DNA of 64,000 nt, taken from assembly GCA_030704615.1 (NCBI GenBank), contig CM060731.1:38316001-38380000 (forward strand), given 5' to 3'. A model generated the notes under the pieces. It was given only the letters and a program-made list of their open reading frames with translations. It did no database searches and was not told the DNA's origin. Position 1 is the first letter of the stretch, and every line of letters starts with the position of its first letter. The translations under genes and the position numbers were made by a program. Of the stretch, positions 34,269 to 46,366 are shown piece by piece. Origin of the DNA: Takakia lepidozioides (taxonomy: Eukaryota > Plantae > Bryophyta).

Positions 34269-37200
34269 CTAGACCATTTTTTCGAACTTGTCGAGGTTTT
34301 TTACCCTCCTCATGCCACGCACCAATAGCAGCAGAAATACACCTGGTGATAACACCCACGGACATGGCCAACAGCAGCTAGGTAGTTAGCCAAGATTTAT
34401 GATGTGATATGCAAGGTGAAATGCGACTCTATGCTGAAACACATCTCAGCTGTAATCAAGTGCAGCTGCAGATTCCATGTACGCAAGCAGGCCACTGCCT
34501 AAAACCTTGCCAACATTTGTTGAGTCGATGGTGGCAGTCCAGGCACCTTTCACAGAGAAATGGGTAGATGGACAGATGTTGCCATGAGCTTATTTGCTCT
34601 GAAGTTCCCACTGTCTTTAACCATCGACAAGGAGGTCACCCTACAACAAGTGGATGACAAGTCCAAGCTTGGTTGCTTTACAAAGGATGGTGGGTTCCAG
34701 TCTTGCTCACCAGCACCCACAAAGGATGTGTTTGAAAGCAGAGTCGTGCCTTGTGCAGTGGAAAGTGTCACTCCTATATTCAGGAAACTTGCTGCAGCCA
34801 CAGTATAGAGGGTGACCATCTGTAATATCGAGGCCCGCCGTGCCGCCCGCTCTGCCTGTGTCCGCAAACAAACAAAGACTTTCTGTTTTCAGCCTCAATG
34901 GTCCATATTGAACACCACTAATCCACAACTCCCACGGACACCACCTAACAAAGCAGAACAGGTATGTTCATCTTCTGCACTTCTTATATCACTGAAATAG
35001 TACGAGTTTCTTCTTCGCAATGTGGAAGTTTCAAACCAACACCTAGCATTGTAAGCATCATCTCACATATAACAGGCCCCCTTCCTCCTCAGCTGTGGGC
35101 AACTTGTCTTGTTCCCAACATAACCTTCAACATGAACCTCTCCAGGGTAACAGAAAACATGTCACCTCACCATACCGCGTTAAAACATTCAAATGAAGGA
35201 GGTGAGCCAGGAAGCCAAGCAAAATCCAGAAGACATACCTCAAGAACTCGCACCCGGAGCTTCAGATCACCTGCTTCAAGCTGGCGCATAAATTCGTCCA
35301 CCCGTTGCATCCTCAAGGGCATAGCCACCGTTGCATCTCTTGCCTGCCTCCTCCCACATAAGCCCCACCCACATTTTCAGTGATCCTTTCCACCCGACAG
35401 CATTCTTCTTGTATGACAAGCAGAAGTGGTAATTTGACACTGAAGGTAGTGTACTCTTTCTTTTCCTCCTTTCAGAAACAGGTAATGAAATCAGAGAAAT
35501 GGAACTCAAAAGCCACATCAATCAATCCGAGAATAGGTGCATTCTTGGGGACCAGATCAAGGACTCCACTGGCCGCATCCTTAACACATGACACAAGTCC
35601 TGGCTACACTTTAGAAACTGGCCTCACAGATGAGGTGGATTTGTAGGCTCAAATTTATTCTTAACCAACACACTTTGAACTAGCCACGCTCTAGTGGCTC
35701 ATTGGGTCTCCCGCACTTGACAATATTTGAAAGAGCATTGGTGGCTGCTTAGTGTTGGTGATACCAGTTTGGGTTTTTGCTGCCGGTTGGTATCCTGCAG
35801 TATTTCTTCAGGGGAAATCTTGGCAAGGATCCAGCATCATCGGTCTGTTTTCCCCTAATTTGGGCACAGTAGAGAATGTACTCATAAAACATTGTTTGCT
35901 AGGCACAGTAGAGGGAGATGGAGTGGAAGTACATCAGCTGCTTGCCGCTGCAGTTCTTGCACAAAGTATTGCCCATTCTTTTGCCCTTCCCGTGCATCCA
36001 GCAGCTCCTGGTCGGCAAAATGAAATTACACGAATTTTAGATACCTACATCTACCAGCCAAGGTAGACAAGTATAGATTTTCATACTTTGGAATCTATTA
36101 TGACAGAACCCATCAGGAATTACTGCTGTTGTATATATGTCAGGTAGTAACTTGTATTTAGGAACAATTTCAGATTATATCATCAAAAGAGTGCAGAACA
36201 ATGCCAGTAGAGAGAACACTGCGCATGTGGCTTTAGTCTCTGAGACCCTGCTATCATTGCTGGAATTTGCATTGAATTTTATCTTCACACGTTGACGTAT
36301 GTGCTTAGATATTCCTACACAGACACCCACCAGTATGGAAATTTAACAAACTTATGTGGATGGCAAGAGTCTGGGACAAGGATAGCAAAGGTCAAGAACA
36401 AATAACCTGAGCATATGGAGCAGCTATTTTGGCAAAGGAGAAGTTGGGATCCAGTATGTTACCGATTCCTGCTATCACATACAACAACAGAGCAACAACG
36501 CAGTGTTTCCCTGACTTACAACAGATTTAATAGCGCAATCTCACTGAAAAGTTTTGCTGCACATCCATTTCCTTTTCTTCCAGACTTTGTGAGCTGCAAA
36601 AGGCAGTTGTGCCTTTTGACTTCAGTTAAGTTCGCTAGGTCACCTGTAATGTACTCAAAAGACGTTTGCCAGAGCCCCTCTGTATAATACAAAGAATGTA
36701 CTCATTAGACGTTGTTTGCGGTAGCCTTGTGGCCATTGACCCCGCGCTCAGTTTGACCCGAACTGTATACTACAGAATGTACTCATAAGACGTTGTTTGC
36801 CGTAGCCGTGTGGCCATTGACCCCGCACCCAGTTTGAGCGGAAACCAAAGGGACAGAACCTACAACCGTCAGGGGCTGACATTGGTAGTAAGACTTACCT
36901 TTATAAATAGAATTAATTCGGGTTTTCCAGATATCCTCTAGAAATCCCTTCACACAAGCATCAATCCGCTGTGTGTGATTTGCCCAAAAACTAGGCCTCA
37001 GAAGGGCCTGGGCTTTTGGCTCAGCCTCGAGACTTTCAAAGTTGGTAAACAGAGGTACAGGCACAATTCTCTTGATAGATTGGAGGAGAGCTTCTCTCTG
37101 GTGAGAGTACCCCGGACAGTGAATCAGAAAATGAATATTGTCTTCGGGTTGCCCACACAACGGGCAATTGCACTCTCCCTTCCCTCTCTGCTTCTGTTTA

Positions 37201-40200
37201 CTGTTCAAAGGTAGGCTTCCTGCCCTGAGTTTAAATTTCAGTCTGGTGCCGAGAGTGGGTAGACCCTTGAGGTCATCCATGATATCCTCCCCCATGTCAC
37301 AGACTGGAAACAGGTTCAGGGAAGTTTTCTGCCTAACTTCATTTGCATCAGACAATTTGCTGGTAACAGACATGGCTTTGGACACTACAGTCTCTAAGTC
37401 AGATTTATCCAGCAAGGTCAAGACTTGCGGGTCCAGATTCAGATCCTTGAGAATCTCTTCTACTCTCTTCTGCCAGGACTTAGCCTGTTTGACAGGGCGG
37501 TCCTGTTTCCAAGATATAGAGTCGATTAACTGCCAAACTCACCCCGAACAGCCACATTGGCTGTTTTGGAGCATGCTGACATGCACTCCTTAAGCATCCC
37601 CACTTGAATGGATTCTAGAGACTTAGCCTGGTTGGAGTTATCAACCCATATAGCAGATCCGTACTCCAAGGCAGGTCTAATAACGCGGCAAAGTAAGGTT
37701 TTCTTGACCTCAGAGTTAATTCCTTTGCAGAGGGAAGGAAAGAAAGAACTTCCATTGGAAGCCGAAGGGACACAATTGAGACGACCAAGAGAGAGTAGAA
37801 ATAGGCGCGAGAAACATCATAACCTCCACCTGGCACCCCAAGAAAAGGGAAGAAAGCGGTACCTTCAAGGGTGGAAAACGCTCGTAGTACAAATGTGAAT
37901 GTTGAGGGGAAGCGGAATGGCTGATCCAACGCAATTGCAAACAAGTCCTGGGACCAGTAGAACAAGCACTTCAATTTCAACAATCTACTCAACAGGGCTG
38001 TGGACTTCTCAACAAATGGACAGTACTTCCAAAGAGCTGTTCAAAATATAAGTTTGACATTACACCTCCCCAATTGCTGAAAAAGTAGTTGCTTGGTCAG
38101 GCCTCTGGTCCATCAAGTTGTCCAGAAAAAACTGCACAGATCGCCTCACCTAGCCAAGAAAGGAACAAGGAATGTACATGATCAAAAGCAAAGACTGTAA
38201 CTGCATGAAATAAAGACACAAGAAACCAGCATAACCCTCCAAAAAGAATGCAGGTAATTTGTAATGCCAGAGGTCTAATAATGAGGTTGGAATCATCCAC
38301 AAAGACCATGTCTGCCAGCCACTCCCAAGGCCTCGAAAGCCATCCACAAACACCATAGCCTGGAGGGTAGCATCGCCTGCCATCATTCCACATCTTCCAG
38401 GAATATAAGAGAGGGTGGGTGAGAGTGCAGCCCTGAGATGTTCCCTGACCTCTATTGGAGTATTGAGACATCTGGCCATTGACCAAGATGAATCTCATGG
38501 TATTGTTGCATAGATTTTGAAGGCCCCAAGGCTAAATGAGAGTCCCCTCCAAATCCTCATATCTTTTGTTGATTATGTGCAACTCATCTCCGCAATAAAG
38601 GTCTCTAAAAACCTACCATTACAAGAGACAAAGGTTCCACTATCTATTTTTTGGGGGAGAGAGAGTTTTGACTGAAATAACAAGCACAGAGACATGCGTC
38701 AACTTACAGATCCCATGTCTCCAGTTGGCACCAAAGCTCCCAGCTCCACTAGTGCTTTAATAACCTGTATATCATCCCACTCTAAACCTGTCAAAGCAAT
38801 ACCATGAGTAAACATCAATGAGAAACAAGAAGGAGGCTAACAATGTTTGGCAACAGGACAAATTCTGCATATACTTTTAAGGGTCAGCACTGGAGAATAG
38901 ACTGACCTTCTTTGCATCCTTCTCATATACAGCGTAGAACATCTTAAGTAGTTTTTCCTTTGTGAAAGCCTTGATCTCACCCATCATGCCAAAATCATAG
39001 TAGATAAGCGAGCCATCAACATCAACTGCCAAGTTACCGGGATGTGGGTCCGCATGAAAAAACCCCGTCCTTAATATCTGTAGAGAAGAAGAATGCAAGA
39101 ATGTTGCAAGTTAACAGTCGTACTTAAAGTGGACAACAGAACCAAGTCATATGTACACCGACAGAGTTTAAGGTCATAACCGACCAAGACTATTAATATA
39201 GGAGCAGAGCAGGCCACCAGACACACAACCTGAATGAGGTATGCCTCAATGGCAAGGCTTGCAATCTTTGAACGGTCAAAACCACCCGTTTCCAGTGTTG
39301 CAACATCATTAATTTTTATGCCTGCACACCAGTAACAAGCCGCCTTAACTATTGGATATGCTGAAAGGGCTTTGAAATGTTGGTGAACTCAACATGTGAA
39401 TAATAAAAATAAGACTTTTTGCTCTTCATCCCCAAAAACTTTTCGTACTTCCTCCACAACGCAGCGTTTCTCCTGGACATTCGTTTTCCTGGAGCTGATC
39501 ATGATCACCACATGCACAGCTGGCTACAACGTGATTACCCAAAAGAGGAAGAGATAGAACAAAAGAAATGAAAGAAACATAATCCATCCCATGCACTAGC
39601 CAGAACTTGATTACACCATGCTCTGTCTCAAGGGCGTATGTAAGCAAGTGGCAAAGTTGTAAAGTTAATGTCAACAACTTTACAAACACATGAGCAGCTC
39701 TGCTATGCAAACCACCATACCTGGCACATATTCTAGGGTCAGCACCTTGCGGGATGCATAATCCCAAAACACTTCCTGCCACATCCAAAGATAAAAAGGA
39801 GCTATGGCATGAGAGGGAAACAGCACATAATTGTTCTCTCTGTTGGACCTAGTGGCTAGAATATATTTTTGCTTCTTCATCACTCCCTCTGTCTTTCCAA
39901 GACCTTCGATCCACCCCTCTACTGGTTTTTAAGAAGATAAATATTTGGCAGATACCAACACGGGGCACTCCATCTACCCGTAGCGATTGAGGTCTGCGTC
40001 ATAATTGTTTCTTTGGTGAGTATCACAGACATTATTTGGTTCCTTGCTTCTTTGTCTCAGGGAATCCCTCACTAAGGTCCTTCCATATCAAGGATCAGAC
40101 AATCTCTTGATGTTCAATTGTAGTTTTTGGCCTGCTTTGTTGAGTGCCCCACTTTCTCATATACTTCTTTTGTTTGTCCCATATACTCATTTGAGCTTCC

Positions 40201-43200
40201 CATGGACATTATACTTCACCTCTGCCACTCTTGTTCTCCCTCCGCAATTCTTTGTAACATAAGGCCACGTGCTGGATACTTCACTGCTGACTCTGCTAGG
40301 GTCAACGTCATGAAGATCTTTCTGCCAGTGTAGTTATTACTGGCCTACTCTTGAAAATGCCTGAATCACGGATGTCTTAACAGCCCCCACCTGTTTGTAT
40401 GTTCCTCTGACTTCCTTGTTAGCATCTGTATCAGTATCAGTATCTGTATCTGTATTTTGCATTAAGTTAACCCAGATTCCCAGAAAATTTAAATTCTCAG
40501 CATCCTACTCCACAGTACTTTCTCACCCCATTCCCTGCCTGTGGATGCCCAACAAAAGAAGGAAAAAGGATCTTGGTTGCACAGAAAGTAACATACAGGC
40601 ACTCGAACCCACTTTTGTCTTCGAAAGTCACGCCTGAACCTATCTGCATTGCGGCCTTCGTTGAGGTAATCAATCTCCTGGTACAATATCCTGTAGTTGC
40701 AACAGATCCCACCACAGTTTTTAGCCACCCTTTTCAAACTCGAGCACCCTCATGAATAGAAGAGAGGAAGACTAAATAGTTTTTTTCTCATTCTTATGTG
40801 CCCATCTGCCCCTTTCCCATTCTCCTCCTCTCCATCCATTTCATGAAACAGGACTCTCATTATCGGGGGCCTTTGCATCAACTTGATGCAGAATGAACTA
40901 GGTGCAAACATGAAAGAATGTCATCGAGTTTATTGACTTCTCCTCGTACTGGGCACAGGGTCTAGGGCTGCTAAGACTCAGAAAACATCCCCCATTCCAA
41001 ACGAGGCACCATCATCAGACACTGGCGTGGACGGCTTATCATACCATGTATATCTCTGTTAACCCTGTCAGTGTTACCCACTTTGAGCTACAACAAGGAA
41101 TTTATTAAGAGCAAGAGCAAGTGAAGCAAGAGACCCTTGGAGTATATACAATAAAATTTCACATTTCTACATCTAGGTCTTAAGGGCTTGTCATAAAGCT
41201 TACGTGGCACATTCCTCGTAAATACCAAGCCAGTCTCTAGTTGGGCCTCCCATTGTTTCACTGCTCTGGAAATACTCTGCTATTACCTTGAGATTGCCTG
41301 CACCAAACTCCAAATTCTGTCAAATTACAGATTTTTTAAAGGATATATCAACTTGGCTCTGCACTCTGACTCTACACAGAGCTGAAAGTTTTATACGACA
41401 GCCCAAGATGTGGTGCCTGTAGAAATTCCCAGTCAGAGTGCAATAACCGAACTCAGATCAGTTTAAACAACTTAGGGCCTGTCCACACAAGAGGAATGCA
41501 GCTCATAATTGTGGCTAACTTGGCGGAAGCTTTGTTAACTTGGGTGCATTGTTTCCAAGGGTTCACACTTAGGTGTGTTAAATCTGCTGACAATAAGTCG
41601 GGGTTTCACACATCAAGTAAAGATAATCATGCCTCACTTAACCCTAGCTAGCTCGCAACACAAAAGGGTACAGAGGAGGACAGTAATACACACGATAATG
41701 AGAATTGGATAAAGTCATCAAATATAAAATCAACTAACTAAATATCTACAAAATTACATTATGCTAATGTACTTAATAGGAGCCTTTCGCAGCTGTGACG
41801 GTAGCAGTGAAAAACACGGAGTCAGCTGCTATGTTAAACTTAGCTGCATGTGAGAACCGGCCCTCAGGGAGGTAGCTACTAAGCAAGCTAATCCTTGTGG
41901 ACTGATGACTGCAGCATGGCAATTCTCACGGCCCCTGAGAAAGTTAAAGGAGGTTCTCACTCAGATCAATGTCAAAAAGCTTTTTCAAGCCAGGCCTCTG
42001 AACTTTCACCACAACTCGCTCCCCATTAGGCAACACCGCCCTATGCACCTGTACAAAGCATGCGTACACATTCACTCAGATATGAACATAAGACGGGGAA
42101 GAGCGCAAACCATTCTGCCAGAGAGACCATCAAAATGGTCAGGTAAAAAAAAACGCTGAAAAAGGGTGTGTCTGTGTGTTACTAGTTCTTACCATGGGAA
42201 AGGAGACAGCTTGGCCATAAGGGAGAGGCAGAGAGATAAACCAAGCGGATCACATAAGACATAAGACATGTTGTACCTTATCCTAGCACTAGTCTTCTAT
42301 CAAACCTAATTCACTGTTTCGGATGGTCACCTGTCCAAGACTGGCAGCAGCAATAGGCTGTCTTTCAAACTTTGCAAACAACACGTCCACAGGCTGCCCT
42401 AACTCTTTCTCAATGAAGGCAACTGCTTTCTCTGCCGAGAAAGCTGGAACCCGATCCTGAAAACAAACATCAACAACACGTCAAGAGACAACCAGAACAC
42501 CACCAGAACTACAAACAAGAGTTCGTAGCTGCAATCTATCCACATATTTGTATCTCCCTTCCTCTCGTGTGCGCCAAACCCCCAATTTACCCAGCTCCCT
42601 TCCCACGGTCTCAGCAGGGAAGCCCCAGATAACACTCATCTGTGACAGGTAACTCTCACCATGCATAAATTGTTAGGATCCAAGCCACATGGGTCAAAAT
42701 AATACCTGAAGCTTAGACAACTCCTCCACAAACTCCGCAGGAAACAGGTCTGATCTTGTTGATGATAGTTGACCTAGCTTGATGAATGTAGGCCCCAGCT
42801 GCAAGATTTTCTCTCTCACCCAACCTGCTGTTCGTCGTCTTCGTGCACTCTGACATGCACATGTCTCAGTATTCCACAAATAACTGTAGAGTCTTTCTAA
42901 GAGGAGAGGAGGAAGGAGGCTGTGAGAGTGGCAGGGGCATAAGGGCATGAAACATTCATTAGCACAAGCCACCCACTCATTTCCACTCTGCATCCGTTGA
43001 GAGCAACCAATTCATGGATGTGAAAGGAGGGTCTTTAAACACCGTGAAGGAGTTCGTTCTTGCGTTGCATCTTATTATTTGATGGAGATAACGATGGTAC
43101 CATGTGATAATTGCACAACGTTATTTTAGCACAACGTTAGTACCTTTCTGATATAATATTTGCAAAAATGTAAAGTTTATGGTGGAAGAGAAGAACCCCA

Positions 43201-44898
43201 CAGCCTACCTGCTTCTCCTCAGTGAAGCCACCAACATATGTCCACTTGGCACTTAAAAGCCAAACTTGAGCTCTTAGGCTGAGCACAAAACTCCATATAT
43301 CAATTTGCCTTTGTGTGCTGCTGTAGTTGTCCTTTGCCCAACTGAACCCTTCATCTGATGGTAACACCTTTAATGTGTCCTCATACACGATGAGATTTGT
43401 GGGAGGCTGCAATAGTTTTGTCCCATTATTCACTTTTGGCATTACTGCACCTGAACTAGAATTCCCATTCAATCCAACAGTTCCTCCATTTTTACGAGCT
43501 AAAGCTGTTGCTGTGCCATTTACGCTGCCATGTGTGGACCCGTTGCCAGCTCTGCTTGCAGCACCATTTGAGGATGTTCTAATTCCTGCATCCAGTTCAC
43601 CACTATTTAAAAAGAACACTCTGCCATTGTCCAAAATAGGCGTATCATGAGTGACTCAGAATCCATAGCCCATAATTGGGCAAAGACAATGAAAAAACTC
43701 AAAGAGATCATAAAGGATAAGGGACTATGAGGCTGTAAAGAGAAGCAGTTAAACAGTTGCATAATTGAGGAAAACACCATACTGGACTGGTGAGGCCAGC
43801 ACCGAGGGGAAGAGAGAAAAAGGGCAGGGCACTTCTGGCACTGGAGAAGACCACTTGTTCTACTTTTAAAAGTATGTAAAACAAGTAGACTGAATTATAG
43901 ACTGATGTTAATGATAGAATCACCAATCATTGATTAAAGTGGGGCAGCCAAGATCCAATTGGAATGTACAGCCTTCTCGCAATGCAGTCTGTTGACAGAG
44001 AGAGAAGAAAACATATTGCTTCCGGGAGAAAAAGAGAGAAAGAAGAGTGAATGAGAGAAATTTAGTATATCCGCGAAGAGACAGAAGTGCGCAATTCCGT
44101 GGTTTTGACTAAATTCCGCCGCTTGGTTTGGAGAGAGAAAGAAAAAGAAAAACTTTAGAAGTCCACGGGAAGCTCAAAGCGCTTACGGGACGAAAGAAAG
44201 CAGAATACGTGAAAGGAAGTTAGCGAGAGCCTCATGTAGATAGTCAGCCAGGCAGCTGTGATCCTCGTAATGAAACACCGTCATCTCTTAAAATTGAAAT
44301 AGTAGCGCTCCCGAATTTCATAGTAGAGGCGACAGTGAAAGAAAGAATATTCTCCAGTCTCAGCCTCTAGACTGTCTTCTCTAGCACAAGCTGAGCACAA
44401 CGTTCGGCACGATGCAGAGAGAGAGAGACAGAAAGAGACCAAGTGAATAAAATTCTACTTGTTACAACACTCCAATCATAAATTGAAGGAAGATAGCGGA
44501 GGAAGAGGAATACCATTGGTGCTGCCATTAGACGGGGAACCGTTACCAGACCTGCCAGCCAAAAACCCGGTATCCGCGATCTTGAGAGCTTCTTCTATAG
44601 GAACCATTCGCGAACCAGCTCCATTCGAAGGTTTATCTCTCTCAACAGCTTTTCCATTACTCGAAGCCCGAGAAACTATCCGTAAAGGCGACGCTACATT
44701 CCTGATACCAGAGCTGAAGAAACAATTCCAGTCACCCCCTCCATAATCTAGTCTACGTGCACTAATTTTCGCACTACGTAGTGGCAGTCGGACTCCCCGA
44801 AGACCGTTACACTCCTGAAATCCTCTTCTACCGGTCTCACTACTTGTGTTTCGAGAAACACCAGACCCTAGGCTAGAGTGAGTGAGGCCGGCCATCAT
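34269..44898 (-). CDS. ABC1K7: Plastid ABC1/UbiB atypical kinase, ABC1K7 (SIA1) type, 18 exons
   Basis: Exons 44514-44898, 43209-43585, 42706-42849, 42331-42456, 41961-42048, 41204-41297, 40597-40690, 39721-39775, 39230-39321, 38907-39077, 38708-38764, 38066-38149, 37863-37947, 36407-36468, 35933-36007, 35239-35343, 34711-34855, 34269-34342. Has a transit-peptide-like N-terminus, SDEGFSWA, LGPTFIKLGQ, VVKVQRP, FFHADPHPGN, YYDFGMMG and a C-terminal LDKFEKMV. Confidence 0.95.
35875..35901 (-). mobile_element. Micro-insertion: extreme 3' tip of the LINE family with a 12-bp TSD
   Basis: ggcacagtagag at 35863-35874 and 35902-35913 flanks aatgtactcataaaacattgtttgcta, which matches the LINE terminus at 36776-36800. 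Confidence 0.75.
36680..37760 (-). mobile_element. 5'-truncated non-LTR retrotransposon (RTEX/RTE- or CR1-group-like ORF2 C-terminus) in ABC1K7 intron 13, with duplicated 3' end
   Basis: Peptides VIRPALEYGSAIW...SLESIQ...KTANVAVRGEFG and zinc knuckle CPLCGQPEDNIHFLIHC (ORF 36783-37421). The last ~80 bp are present twice (36680-36762 and 36763-36842). Confidence 0.85.
38230..38520 (-). mobile_element. Degenerate LINE reverse-transcriptase fragment in ABC1K7 intron 11
   Basis: ILVNGQ...RGQGTSQGCTL...MVFVDDSNL resembles the QG and (Y/F)xDD RT motifs. Confidence 0.5.
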
Positions 44899-45088
44899 CC
44901 AAATTGAAGCCGAGAGAAGTTCTAAGTTGTGATGAATGATGCTCCCGAGCTCTTCAGTATCTCTACAGTGTGAGAAGAACGAGAGCTAAGTAACTTGGCG
45001 TGTCGTTCTCTGTGGGGCCACTGCAAGCTTCACGCCATCGACCTTCGGGAAGAAGGGACCCCTCGTGTCTGTCAAGGTGCGAGACACG

Positions 45089-45545
45089 TACCATTTCGTG
45101 AGAGGATTGTGCTCCATTAGCTAACGGTATTCTTCAGAAAAAGTAGTTAGTAAATGGGAGAAAAAACAGGTGCGCTCTTAAAGGAAACCGTTTGTAAGTA
45201 GATGGAGAGGATTGTTCTCCAATAGCTAACGGTATTCTTCAGAAAAAGCAGTTAGTAAATGGGGAAAAACTACAGGTATGGAAACCGTTTGTAAGGTAGA
45301 TGCAAAACGGACCATTTCGTGAGAGGATTTTTCTCCATTAGCTAACGGTATTCTCTTGAAAAAAAGTTAGTAAATGGGGAAAAAAACAGGTGCGCTCTTA
45401 AAGGAAACCGTTTGTAAGTAGATGGAACACGTACCATTTCGTGAGAGGATTTTTCTCCATTAGCTAACGGTATTCTCCAGAAAAAACACGTAGTAAATGG
45501 GAAAAAAAACAGGTGCGCTCTTAAAGGAAACCGTTTGTAGATGGA
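45089..45545. repeat. Tandem repeat, ~4 units of ~105-120 bp, immediately upstream of ABC1K7
   Basis: gagaggatt...tagctaacggtattct...tagtaaatggg...ggaaaccgtttgta recurs four times. Confidence 0.9.
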
Positions 45546-45569
45546 TAACGTTACACCGCAGGTGGGGCC

Positions 45570-46195
45570 TTGGAGCTGGTCTCGGTTGGGAAGATGTCCG
45601 CGAGAAAGGATTTGTGGAAAGGAGGACGGCCATTTAGCAGAGAGAAGCAAAGCGAGCCCCTGTGAATTCGAGGAGGTGGCCACATTGCAGAGTTTTTTGC
45701 GCACCGTTTCGGTGGTCTCACCAGTTGTTGTTGCTGCACACATCAAGAAGCAAAACTGTTTTGTCTCCATGCCGAGGTACATTACATTCCTCTATGTAGT
45801 TTGCAAGTTTCTTTAAGTAAATGTCCAGCTATGAGGTGTTTTGGGAGTTGAGTTTCTCGTGTGGGACTTGATCGTATCTTTCCAGAAGAATTACTTCGAA
45901 GGATGGAATTCGTGGAGGGTTGATTCTCATTGGGTCCAGTGTTTTGTTTCCCTGGTTTCTGTGATTGAACTAGTTCGCTTCTTTTGGATTGATGCTACTG
46001 GAATTTGTTCTCTCCCATCTACGAATCTGTATCCCTCTCAACCTTCTTCTGCAGGCTTCATACGGTTGGATGTCCAGTGAACTTCCGCATTTGTCGTCGT
46101 TGCTCATATGTGACGAAATGGTTCCTCTGCTTCTGGTTGAAATTGTTCTAGGCGCAAGGCGTTGTCTGAAGATGTCATGAGGGCCCATCGACGAC
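45570..46195 (+). repeat. Direct-repeat copy of the 5' leader, micro-exon and first intron of the SWIM-RING gene (other copy 57711-58350)
   Basis: Near-identical sequence from tggagctggtctcggttggg to gagggcccatcgac. A 10-bp deletion (gaaccccctg) frameshifts the copy into a 25-aa peptide MPRRKALSEDVMRAHRRPQMHYMIV*. Confidence 0.93.
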
Positions 46196-46366
46196 CCCAA
46201 ATGCATTATATGATTGTCTGACAGTGAGCAACCCAAGCTAGCTGAGTAGCTGACAATTTCAAGCTATGATAGCCTTGAACTCGGTCGACTTGTAATACAT
46301 TGTTCATGACTTTCCTTCCAAAGGAGGCTTGCAGTGAACAATGATGAGATCTGATGGGGAAATTGT

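Noticed and set aside
45089-45545. CRISPR-like array
   Set aside because: Whole units repeat with no unique spacers, there are no cas genes, and the context is eukaryotic.
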